In this document: piece after piece, positions 13,330-24,764 of the stretch
Layout: each line of letters begins with the position of its first letter
Numbering within the stretch: position 1 is the first letter of the stretch
NCBI GenBank assembly: GCA_030141605.1
Contig: JAQGDQ010000177.1
Span: forward strand, 380,221 to 444,220
Length of the DNA: 64,000 nt
From: Tubiluchus corallicola
Lineage: Eukaryota; Animalia; Priapulida
Direction of reading: 5' to 3'
Position numbers and translations under genes: made by a program
The notes under the pieces: generated by a model
Told to the model about the DNA's origin: nothing
What the model saw: only the letters and a program-made list of their open reading frames with translations
Database searches by the model: none

Positions 13330-13953
13330 TTAAAAGAAGACAGGATGATTTTTTATATATTATCCCATTTTCAAGTCCGATAAAAATTATACATTTTAAC
13401 ACGATTAATACAGCAAAAGCGTTTCTGATAATTAAATAATAGATTAAAACTTAATTAACGGCGGGAGAGCCCAACTGTTGATGACATCATAAACTAACAT
13501 AATTTTCAACAGCAAAAATATTCTACGAGCGGTGTGCACGTATTTGCGGAAGCGAAAGTTGAAGTACAGAGCTACTGTAAGATATCCAATGTTTTGTAAT
13601 AAAATTAGGCAAGTTTTAAGATAAAAATTCAAATTTAAAATTTACCGCTGTGCGTGCGCATGAGCTGTTAAACGTGTGTAGTTCATCAGAAACTAACACA
13701 GCTGAACTGAGCGATAGTGTACCTGATTTTGTATAATGAGTTTCAGAAATGCAGGCGCTAGTGCCAGTCTAACTAGCGAATGGTGAAATGCATGTAACAG
13801 CGAGGAACTAGTGGGGCGAATGCGAAATTGTATTTGTGTGATAATAATTATTTCACGTAAGTCATTTTTGAAAAAAGAGTGTGTTCCCTTTCAATATTTT
13901 AAAAAGTATACTGTTTTGACCTACAGTTTAAGATTGAGTCCAGTTTGCTTTAA
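13330..13953. mobile_element. Candidate non-autonomous TTAA-bounded DNA transposon (Kolobok/piggyBac-like), family B
   Basis: Starts TTAA-AAGAAGACAGG and ends CCAGTTTGCT-TTAA. The left ~230 bp recurs inverted at 36536-36764. The right ~110 bp recurs at 53206-53314, whose end reads TTAA-AAGAAAACAGG on the - strand, defining a short TIR. Confidence 0.65.
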
Positions 13954-14399
13954 CGAAGAAAAACAATTGGCTGTCTTAGTAATTCTAAAACATTAATGTT
14001 TAGTTAGGGCCATTTGAACATAGCTGAGAAGAAATTCGGGTAACTCATATATGCTATTTTGCTGCTCCAGGCAATATACAAAGCTGTGTAAATGGGCCCA
14101 ATTTACAGGGACTAAAACTCCTATAATAATGTATTTCTATTCTTGCAATGTTCAAGTACTGGAAGGCTGGAAGAACGGAACACAATTATTAATAAATTCA
14201 ATTATTAAAAAGTGAATTTTTGCTTCTGGCACATACGTATTATAAAATATAGTGACTGCTACATCCGCAGCAATGATATCTGTTAAAAATATTGGAGTCA
14301 CCGTGACTCATACAATTAGAAAAGAAAAATCTTAAAAATTTAAAATATTCCTGTTACTTGGTAAAACGGTACTGCATAGCCATCCCAGTGTACACCACT

Positions 14400-14706
14400 G
14401 TTTCACCAAAAAACACGTTATTGATGTTATTGACAATATAAAGTGGTAATTTAAATTCTGCTTAGTTAGCGAAGAGTGTGCTACGAATGCTCTGATTATT
14501 TTTTGAAACTTTACACAATGTTATCTAAACTTGTTTCAAACGACTTATCCTCAAAATGGCTGCGCTTAACTGTTATTGCGGAAATTTAAATTTACAAATT
14601 TTAAACAGCGTTGCTGCTAACGCAATAAGATTGTATGCAAGTGATATAGAATTTCAAGACGAATTTTTTAACGTTTATTTGTAAAGAGTGTTTTCCTGTG
14701 CTTTGA
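14400..14706 (+). mobile_element. Dispersed repeat, family C (DNA-transposon-like)
   Basis: Homologous to 36950-37246 (+) and 55801-56103 (-). Shared segments include GCTTAGTTA..GAAG.GTGTG.TACGAATGCT and TTTCAAGACGAA. Confidence 0.75.
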
Positions 14707-15129
14707 CGTTCCACTGTAGTTAGTGGAAGACGGACTACTTTTCCGCTCAGAGGAATATTCCTGCGCGCCCAATTGCTTAATGTCGTTTGAAGGTTGCGCG
14801 TGAACCGCTGGGACATTGTGTTTGGTAAAATTCAATAAACACATTAAGAGTTGATAAGAGTAACAGCGAATGACTTACAGGGCATAGATTTTCAGATTTT
14901 CGAGTTTTAGCCTCAACAAACTTTGATAAGACGTTTAAACTACCCATGAATGACTTGAGGATTTAATTTGTTTGAATCCTTGATACTAAACTCGCGCCGT
15001 CTAGTGGCAGTTAATAGAATGCAATATTTTGTGCTTTTCGACTGCGTGAGGCTTGATCAAATTACCGTTTGCATTAAAACAGAACGTGTATTTTATGATG
15101 GATTATGTAATTGGGCTACTTAGAATAAA

Positions 15130-15511
15130 GAAGATGATGGTGATGATGATTATGCTGATGAGATGATAATGATGATGATGATGATGATGATAATGATGAT
15201 GATGATGAGGAGGAGGTGGAGGAGGAGAAGGAAGAGGATGGTGACGATGATGATGAAGACTGCACAGGAAAAACAACATAAACGGCAACAATAACAACCG
15301 CCGCTGCCGCAGCAGCAACGACGACGACGACAATGACAACGACAATGAAAACAATCACAACAACAACAACTACAACAACAAGAACGCCGACGACGACAAC
15401 CATAACTGCAGCAACAACAACGAAGACAACAGTGGCGGCAACGGCAATGACAACAGCAGCAGCAACAACAACAACAGTGACAGTAACAGTAGCAGCGACG
15501 GCAGCAGCAAC
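15130..15511. repeat. Compound (GAT)/(GAG)/(CAA/CGA/CAG) microsatellite
   Basis: Visible directly. Confidence 0.9.
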
Positions 15512-16959
15512 ATTATTTTGAACCATTTAATAACATAGATTCGTTTCATCTTAACACCGTTTCACAGAAATACTACAGCGAGTATAAATGCCTTTGAGGA
15601 AAATAACAGCGAAACATTCATTTGTAATGATAGCTCAAATGCTTTTAAAGCTCAAAACCATTTTCAGAGAATCAGTAGGCATTTAGAACTGTATAAAATT
15701 GTTCGTACATTCCCAAGTGTAGGTCAAACGACTGGCGAAGTGGTGCAAATGCTCTGATATGGAGAAAACTTTTCTAAAATTCTTGTCTTGTTTTGCAATT
15801 ACGAGAGCTTTTTGTCTTTTATATGACGAGTGAAACGTATAAATACTAGATTTATTACAAGCCACAAATCGCATTTGGTTTAGCGAATTTTTCCGCCAAA
15901 ATAGTTTTACCAGCCGCCCAGCACCTTGAAATTTTTAACGTATAGATTGCGCTAGGTAGGAAAAGCACTAAAGAATTTTGTAAGTGTGCAAAATAAGTCA
16001 TTTTCGTTCCACCTGATTGGGCAAAAATTCAACTAACTTTTTAAAATTGTTTGCAGCTCTTGAAATGTGTCAAACTGCTGGTCAATGTTCAAGAGTGACT
16101 GTTCTTGAATGCTCAATGCGCACATTGCGTGATCGATTTGGACGAACAGACTCGAATTTATGGCACACTTTTTTTCCAGAGAAATCGTCACAGTGCCGTA
16201 TTATAGGAAATGTGATTGGTAAAAGTGGAAAACGAATTCTTAAACCAAACATAACAGCCAGCACCCACATAAGCAAAGACGTGGCTTCTATTCACACACA
16301 AACATCTGCAACGTTTCGACACAGTTAAGGTACTGTTCACGCAACAATCCACCTAAATAAAAATACAGTGTAAAAATATACAAAAATCAACATTGTAAGA
16401 AGCAAATAAGACAAATAGGGTGTGATACAAAGCCAAATGATAGAAAAATAAAGTTATGTTTTACTCCAACACAATTAATTCACTGACCAATGTCGGTGGG
16501 TGGAAATAGGAGAAACCTTTACAAATAAAATGGTGAACAACATTGTAAACGAGCAACTACAAGGACCAGTTCAAAATAATTCAGAGAAGAGGTTCGCTCG
16601 TCACAATATTGATTTTATTATAGAAAAAACAAAACACAGTAGTCAACTAGCGTATTAAAAAGTCAGTTTTGAGGGTTTGCCTGTGAACTACTAAAAGTGG
16701 CGGTCCCAGATCAGCTGTCATTTGCCATTTAGCCACTTTTCGGTGGAGTTATAGAGACCAAATTTGTAAATGTTTATAATAGACATAATAGATGCATGAT
16801 GTGTTTATGATCGTAGATAGGTCAATTCATAATAAGTATTGAAACGTTCTTTATTTATACAATTTAGCACTCTGCGAATTTAGAGCGTATTCAATCTAGA
16901 AAGTTGTGGCAGGACCGACATCTACTCATTATCAAGCGAAATCCTTTAAGAAAAGACGC

Positions 16960-17168
16960 TTGTCTGGCAGAGAGGACTCAGCCACATTCGGATATGTATA
17001 AATCCTCCCTCAACGAGAAGAATACCTGCGAGCAATAACCCAGAAGAAACCGTCTGCAACGAGTATGTTAACATCAGCTACCCATCCATTTATTAACCAA
17101 GCTCGGTGTTGCTTAACTACGATTGTTAAACATACTCAGTGACCACTCAGCTATTCGCATACCTGTGT
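16960..17168 (-). mobile_element. 5S rRNA-derived SINE-like element (SINE3 type), copy 1
   Basis: The - strand at 17123-17075 reads ATCGTAGTTAAGCAACACCGAGCTTGGTTAATAAATGGATGGGTAGCTG, close to the 5S internal control region. It is preceded by A-box-like TAGCTGAGTGG. The body resembles 51915-52112. Confidence 0.6.
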
Positions 17169-19151
17169 CATTATTTAAGCATTTAAATTATCTGCATATG
17201 CCTTTATTATGATGAAATAAATAGTAATCAATTAATCAATCAATCTTTCTCGTGTACACCGAACCAGTCCGATCTGTTGACAGTAACTTCAGTAATAATA
17301 CTAGAGATAACACAGTAAGAAGAAGAAGAAAGGCAGGCATTCTAGGAAAGCCTTTGCCTAGAGATTCTTTTACAAAAGTCTGACGTTGTCTCCGGGTTAA
17401 GCAACGTGTCTTTAATTAAGCTGTCCACAAGAGAAGATTGTTCAAAGCTTTGCTCAACTTAATGAGGCTCATTCCTAGATACTTTAAAAGCAGTTTGTCT
17501 CTAAGCCTCTGATGCAGGAATAAATGTAACACCTTCAAACTTGCATTAGACTTACTGTGTGCTTTGAGTGGATGCTTGCGGCTCTATGGAGAGGGTTGAG
17601 GGGTTCGTCGTAGCATACAACTGAAAATGCTCGCTGAACTTATGGAGAGGGACTTTGATGTTACGAGGCTATAACTTGTTGTTGTCATTGGAGAAATCCC
17701 TCCAAAAAAGAGGCTTTTACAGTTATAAAATTGTGCAACACTTTTCATGGAGCTACTTTTGCTTGAATATTTGCTGCATTTGAAAATAAGTCTTTTGTAC
17801 TTCATAGCTTTGCAAAAGCAGATCCGCTCTGGGTGCTAGATTGGCTCATGGATCCGCCAAGCTTGAGTGCATTCTGTCAGCTAAATCCCCATGCTGTCAT
17901 TGGCATTTGAACCTCTGCTGAAGACAAACTTGTCATTATTTGCTGTCATATCGGAAGGTAACTGCTGTCAAATTCAAAATGTCAGCTTCGGGGGACATTC
18001 GCTGAAATTGATTGAAAACCAAAGGTAAACTTATGCGGTTAAGCGAAAGGACAAGCCATGTTGAATTTATTTTATTCTTATCACTTAGACTTAAGGGAAA
18101 TATAACTAAGAAATTTGCAAAAATATCCATTAAATATAAAGTTAATTTATACTACTGCTGTATAGAAGTTTTCAAGTGCCACCATTCACTTGAAAATGAT
18201 GACGTAACTAAGTCGACTTTTCGCATCTTTTCCGTAAGAGCGCGCTGCTTAATTCAATTCGAACTTCTACGGTTTACTTGATATTTATACAAAAATATCA
18301 CAAAATTAGCTATCTAGTTATTTTGTAAAAACTTATTATACTTTTAGCGAAAATTGACAGTGACAATTTTGTTCAGTAAGTGAACAATATCATTGGTTAA
18401 ATGGGAGTTCAAAATAAGAGCATCTAAGTGGGAATTGACAACGAATTTAAAGTGATTTTACTAGTTACACGAAGCACTAATCACACTTTTATTACAAAAT
18501 CCTTTTAACATTTTTCGCAAACAGTAAAATAAGCTTAACTTTCCAGACGACTCGGTATTTTATATCTATATCTAGATTTTGACAATTTTTCTACTAAGGC
18601 TATTGTCAACAAAACCAAAGTATCCATTCGCTCAAACTCTTTGTTAGACGTGCTGAGAAAAAAGCTTTTGGTGACTTTTTTTCGAATAGAGTTGTCCCTG
18701 TCTGGAATAGCTTATCCACACTAATAAGTGGATTTCCACTTGTAGCAACGCAGACCGCAAAACTTTATAAATGCTGTGGACTTGATAAGATTTTTGTTTT
18801 TTGATAGGCGCTTATAAGCAGGTAATATAGCTTCTGAGTGTCTCTTCCATATCATCGGTTTGATGATTTTTTTTGCAAACATTTGTTCCTTAAATATTGT
18901 TTGTGTGTAGTGAAATAAATTTAATAAAATTAAATTAAGTAAATTTGTTTTAAGAGGTTGACACTTTGTCACCGCTCTGATATAGTTTACTGACAAAGAA
19001 TGCCTGATCATCTGGTATGAATTAAAGCTTTTCTTGTGACAGTGTCAAGAGGTACTCTTTGAAGACGCTAATGTTGAATTTGTATCCATTATCACCGTTA
19101 CAGAAACCGTTGGTGTGTTCCATGTTTTCCTTCCATGTTAGCTATAAGATG

Positions 19152-19212
19152 ATGTGTGTGACGTCACAATATTACATGTGTGTGACGTCACAATATTGCA
19201 TGTGTGTGACGT
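19152..19212. repeat. 24-bp tandem repeat (2.5 units) carrying CRE palindromes
   Basis: Unit ATGTGTGTGACGTCACAATATT(A/G)C. TGACGTCA at 19159-19166 and 19183-19190. Confidence 0.9.
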
Positions 19213-19800
19213 GTTTGTCATAGATAATCTATGCTGATGACGCGGCCATGGTGACACAGTTCAAGTAATGCTAATCAACGTCGAGAGATCACCTTATAAA
19301 TTCTCATTGCGTGAATGTGGATGAAAGCTTCTTCGTCAGATTTCCAATCAGTTCGTTGGTCTTCAATACGTCTCGAGGTTTAGCATGTCACATATATTGC
19401 CAGTCTGTAGTTTGCTTTATGTTAAAAATGGCTCCCTCGCCAAGGCCACCTGCTCTAAACGCAGACTAATCATATAAAATCTGTCAGCAGTTAATTATTC
19501 ACACAGATTCAAGATTTCTCTCATTGCTGTGAAACGTCTGTGAAGATTGTTAAAGACATCTAATAGTGAAAAATACTAGCTATAGCATCAATGTTCACGT
19601 ACGAAAAAAATTACAGTTGCTGGACTGCAAAAAGTAGTCGTAACATGTTCACGCAATATTTTCGTAAAACAATGCATCTGAACTTACTATAGTATAGATG
19701 GAAAATTCTGTTTGAACTTTGTGAAATACATTTATTTATATTCAGGTTTACAATTACTCGGACTTCTATAAATTTTTCTTTCCATACTGCACCGGTCACT

Positions 19801-19846
19801 TGGTCCTGAGATTGACCAAAAAAATATCGTCGAAACGTTTGGATCA
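19801..19846 (+). ncRNA. Degenerate minimal type-I hammerhead ribozyme motif (Penelope-like)
   Basis: TGGTC-CTGAGA-TTGAC-loop-GTC-GAAACGTT-T-GGATCA. Stem I TGGTC/GATCA, stem II GAC/GTC, palindromic ACGT stem III. The CUGANGA core is 1 nt short. Confidence 0.45.
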
Positions 19847-20005
19847 TTGCAATAGAATGCCTGTAATTACATGAGCGCTTATTATAGCTTTTAGCACTTC
19901 AACATTGATGGAGTAATGCAATTATCAAGCAATCGACCAGATCAAAAGTGGCTGTAACTCCTCTGCTTTTTGGTTATAGTATTGAGCTGAACAGGGAACA
20001 GTGCA

Positions 20006-20125
20006 GTTCTATTCATAGGCACCAGGCCAGCCAACCTACAGGTAATGTTATGACCTCCACTTTAAACTAGGAAGCCCATAACATTACCTGCGATTGGTTG
20101 AGCAGTGGTTTCCTGTGGAAAGAAC
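20006..20125. repeat. Imperfect 120-nt inverted repeat (MITE or hairpin)
   Basis: Perfect core CAGGTAATGTTATG / CATAACATTACCTG. Arms extend imperfectly to GTTCT...AGAAC. Confidence 0.75.
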
Positions 20126-22491
20126 GAACACATGACATCGTTAATTGTCTTCTGGTTGTCGTGGAATGCACTTCTCCGGTCTGCCTGCCGAGTGTCGTGG
20201 TTCCGTAAGGTTTGAAGCATTGTCATCGGGTTTTGTTTTTTTCGACTGTGTTGTTCTTCTCAGCCGTCCCTTGTGAATTCTAAGTTTTGGTTTTGTTGTT
20301 TCTTTTTTTTAAATTTCTGGAGTGTCCGTTATGCAGCGCTTACCCGCATCACCGATGGCGGGCCGTAAGGCTATCTACCGGGTCGAACCCCGGAACAGTA
20401 TAAACTCTTACTGTTGCTTAAAGCCAAAGCTAAGTCTTCTGGGAAATTGAGCTTATTTTAAAATGTGAGAAAAATGTTAGAAAGTTTCAGCAACAAAGTT
20501 GTGATAAGTACTTCGTGTAATTAGTAATATCAATTTTAATTTCGTTTACTTCAAGCTACAAGCTAAAACAGAACTGTGTAAGTTAAGTAAACCACCCAGC
20601 ACCTTCTTGTATAGTCGAACCCACGCAGATTTCAGATGCCAATCTGTAAAAAATATTGTGTAGTTCTTACGGATTTTGAGATATAATTCTGTGATTTAAA
20701 GCTATGTAAGCCCTTTACAATTTTGCAGTTTGACTTGGCGACCAATTTTTACATAAAGACGGTTAAACATTAAGATTTAGTCAACTAAAATGACGTAACT
20801 TCAGAATGAACTGCAGAAGCTTTGTTGGGCATGCCTTCTTGTTGTCCACCAGCTTACGTCATTTTTTTTCATAATATGTCTGCAGGGAGGTTCGTTTGGC
20901 GGGGGATACGAATTAAATTTCGTTTTACATTTTTAAGCAAGGCATTTTATGCGCGTATATCTGTGGTAATTTCAACATTTTTAAGTGTACATTAAAATAC
21001 AATGAATGTAATTCGAGCAATGATTACACTACATTATAACATGTAGTGCCTTAATAGCAGCCTGGATCTTTACTCTGCCAGTTCTTCCAGAATCTTCTAT
21101 TAACTTATACTAACTTGGGTTAGAAGTGTAGCGTTAGTTGTTTGAATAAATGACCTTAAGTTAGCTTAATTTTTATTTGTCCGTAATTTTAGAGCATTAG
21201 AATCGATTTTTGTAATTAAAAACTGTTATTAAACAAATTGCGAAAGTCTCATAATTGTGTAAATATGTGCATTGTCCGTACGAGTTTTGATATAATTTTT
21301 TCTTTTACTGCTGCAATCTATGTTGCCAATTTTAATGTGGGAACTGTACCTTATAGAAAATAAATTTAATTATAAATAAATAAATGAACAGATAAATAAA
21401 TAAGACACCTCGTGTCCATTTATGTAACACACACGGCATGAATTCTAAGAAAGTAAAAATCAATAATTCGATTACAGGTATTGTAGAAACAGTAACCGCT
21501 ATTTGATTTTTCTCACACCTCGCTGTGCGTTTATGCTGCGCAAGCAACATCTATGGTCTTTCAGGGAATTGTACAAATAATAAAGGTAAACAGTATGGCC
21601 AGGTCATAGATGTTGATTAAGTATTGCCCGGTAGTTGCTTTTGTAAATAAATAATGGTAGGGATAATGCAATAATTCTACGAAGTGTCGTACAGGTGGAG
21701 TCTTGCTACATTCAGGTTTCCGTATTTGTTCTGGCATGAATAGCGTTCAAAGGAAGCAGGAAAGGCGCGCGCGTGCGTACGTGAGTAGTGCATGTGTGGA
21801 CGTGTGTTGTTGATGACATTTCGTGTCATTTGAGGTCAAGTAACATAGTTTAGCATACTTTTATTCGCCGCTAACCGCAATTTCATACCACATTTTCGGA
21901 AGCAATTTTTCAAATGGAGTATAGTTTTCAAGCGGTACGGCATCCTTTACTTAGTAATAAATGAATTGTCACTTCTGTTTGCAATGTTTGGTTTATAGTA
22001 AAGCTTCGTCCACTCTAGTCAATTGTATGTTAAGTTGCATAGTGTACGTTACATGAATTCTGTTTTTACAACATTTGTGATACGCCAGGAAATGGCTGTT
22101 TATGCGCTTCACCTCGTTAGTTTCAAAAGTTAACACAATTACTAAAACGCCACGTGCGAAATTTACTGAATCAATTCCGATGTCTCCCCCCCCCCGTAGT
22201 CTGTAATAAAAATCTTTGTTTTATGTGAATGTTTATGTGAATATTTTTGAGATTTGCAAAAAAAAACTACCAAGCGTGGGGTCAGAAAAGAGGCCTTCCG
22301 CAGGAATGTCTAGAGCGTAAAACGCATTGCCTTATCCACTGTGTTATAAACATCCAGGCAGTATGATTTTATCTAAAAATTAGACTCATTATATAGCGTT
22401 TTATTAAATTTTCTATTTAATTTTGTGCTTCCTAATGTAGCTGACACGCCAAGAAGCAAAAAGCTGCGCAGCATTGCAAAATATTAACATT

Positions 22492-22730
22492 CAGGGCTGG
22501 ATTACCATATAGGCTCGTATAGGCTGCAACCTACGGTCCCTCAAGTTTGTAGGCCCACAATTTGCATTGGTGAATAATTCATATAACTTAAAATAAAGTT
22601 TTAACCTCAAAAAAGAAGGCCAGGAAGTCTGAAAATCCAAATTTAATGTGGTTCCTCATTTGAGATAAAGGATCCTTATTTGAGGCCTTTTCTTTGAGAC
22701 AAAGGGTCCTTTTTTGAGGCTCACTGTATT
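22492..22730 (+). mobile_element. Left end of a hAT-like element related to the MITE at 37678-38064
   Basis: CAGGGCTGGATTACCATATAGGCTCGTATAGGCTGCA matches CAGGGAGGATTATTCTATAGGCTACTATAGGCTGTA. Internal ~35-bp subrepeat at 22655-22722. No right end found. Confidence 0.6.
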
Positions 22731-22820
22731 TAATTTGCTTAAAATTACAAACTAGAATTTGTTTTTTAAATTGAGAAGAGAGAAAGTTAAACAGAGTGAA
22801 ATTATCTGAAACTGACTACT

Positions 22821-24764
22821 TCTTCTTCTCAGCTTTTCCCTATGCGGGGTCGCCGTTGTGAATAAGTCGTCTCCATGCATTCCTGTTGTTGCCCATCTCT
22901 TCATTTATGTTCTTCTCTCTAAGGTCTCCGTTAATACATTCGAACCATCTCAGCTTGGGTCGTCCTCTTCTTCTATTTCCCAGCACTTCCATTTCCATGA
23001 CCTCCCTTCCCACGTGATCTTCCCCGACTCTTCTTCTCAGGTGCCCATACCATCGCAATCTTGCCTCTTGTATCTTTTTCGAGGCTTCCACTACTTTCAC
23101 TGTTCCTCTAATATTACTATTCCTGATTTTATCCCTTCTTGTTACTCCCACCATCCATCTCAACATCCTCATCTCCGCCACATCCATTTTCTTCTCCTCG
23201 GTCTTCTTTAGAGGTGCTGCTTCCAGCCCATATATTAGGGCGGGTCTGACCACTGCTTTGTGAACTTTACCCTTAAGTCTCGCTGGAATCCTCTTATCGC
23301 ATATCACCCCTGAAACTTTTCACCAGTTATTCCAACCTCACTGAATCCTGAAATTCACCTCCTTTTCCATTCCTGCAGTCTCGTCTATCATTGAACCCAG
23401 ATACTTAAAGGTCTTTACTCTTTTCAACTCTGCCCCGTTCAATCTTATTGTTTCTCGTTGATCCCCATTCATGTCTGTCGTAAGATACTCCGTTTTGGAT
23501 CTACTTATCCTCATTCCTCTGCTCTCCAAAGCGGCTCTCCATGCTTCTAATTTTCCTTCCAGTATTTCTCTACTCTCATGGTGGATTTCCCCTTACACTC
23601 TCTGTGATGACATCAAACACTATGTTGAACAGTAGGGGGCTTAGTGCCGATCCTTGATGTAAGCCGACTTTTACTTGGAAACTGTCTGTTATACCAACTG
23701 TACTCCGGACTTTAGTTGTCACGTTCTTGTAGCATTCTTGGACTATTCTTACATATTTTCTGGCACTCCTCTCTCCCTCAGACCTCTCCACACTTCTTGC
23801 CGTGGTACCCTATCATATGCTTTCTCTAGGTCTATGAAAGCTATATGTAGTGCCCTTTGCTTTTCCTGGTGTTTCTCTATATTCTGTCGAAGTGCGAATA
23901 TACCGTCAACCGTTCCAAGTCCCTTCATAAATCCCAACTGTTGCCATCCTATGTGTACCACCTGTCTCAATCTATTATCCAGAATCCTTTCGAACAGTTT
24001 CAGGGTGTGGGACATCAGTTTAATCCCCCGATAATTTCCGCAGTCCTGGATGTCTCCCTTCTCTTTAAAAATCGGTATCAGAGTACTTTCCCTCCATTTT
24101 TCCGGGATTACCTCTCTCTCCACTATTTCTCTCATCAGCTGGTGCAGTATGTCAATCCCTTCTTCTCCTAAGGCTTTCCAAACTTCCGCTGGTATTCCGT
24201 CAGGTCCCGTAGATTTGCCATTTTTCATTTTCTTTCATGCTAATTCCACCTCCTGTCTTGTCACCCCTGTTACCTCCAGTTCATTCAGTTCTCCATCATC
24301 CCTAACCAGTCTTTCATTTTCCTCGTTCAGCAGCTTCTCGTAGTATTCCTTCCACCTCCTCAGGACATCGCTTTCTTTTCGTATTACTTGCCCCCTTTCA
24401 TCTTTGATCTGCCTTATATGTCTAATGTCCTTTGTACTCTTATTTCTCAGCTTCGCCAACTTGAAAACTTTCCCCTGCCCTTCCTTGGTGTCCAGCTCTT
24501 CATAAAGGTTGTCATACGCCTCCGCTTTTGCTACAGCTACAGTTCTTTTCGTCTCCTTGCAACACTGTTTGTAATACTCTCTATCCCTGTCCAACTTGGT
24601 TTCTTCCCATCTTTTCTTTGCCATTTTCTTCTCTTTTACTTTCTGCTGCACCTCTTCTCCAAACCACCATGTTTCTCTGTTTTCCCATATTTTACCACTA
24701 CTTTCCCCGAGGACTTCTTTTCCCGTCCTTATAATATTTTCACTGAGCCTGTTCCACTCAGCCA
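22821..24764 (-). mobile_element. 5'-truncated, inactivated RTE-clade (Expander/Rex3-like) non-LTR retrotransposon; reverse transcriptase pseudogene
   Basis: RT motifs KSTGPDGIPAE, IPIFKEKGDIQDCGNYRGIKLMSH, FIDLEKAYDRV, VGLHQGSALSPLLF, FKYLGS and RLRWYGHL. 3' end GCGACCCCGCATAGGGAAAAGCTGA plus a (GAA)n tail. 7-bp TSD GACTACT at 22814-22820 and 24765-24771. Disabled by premature TGA stops, a frameshift near 23760 and loss of YADD. Confidence 0.95.

Noticed and set aside
23315-24240. All in-frame RTE stops are TGA (possible recoding or selenocysteine)
   Set aside because: The element also has a frameshift and lacks YADD, so ordinary decay explains the stops.
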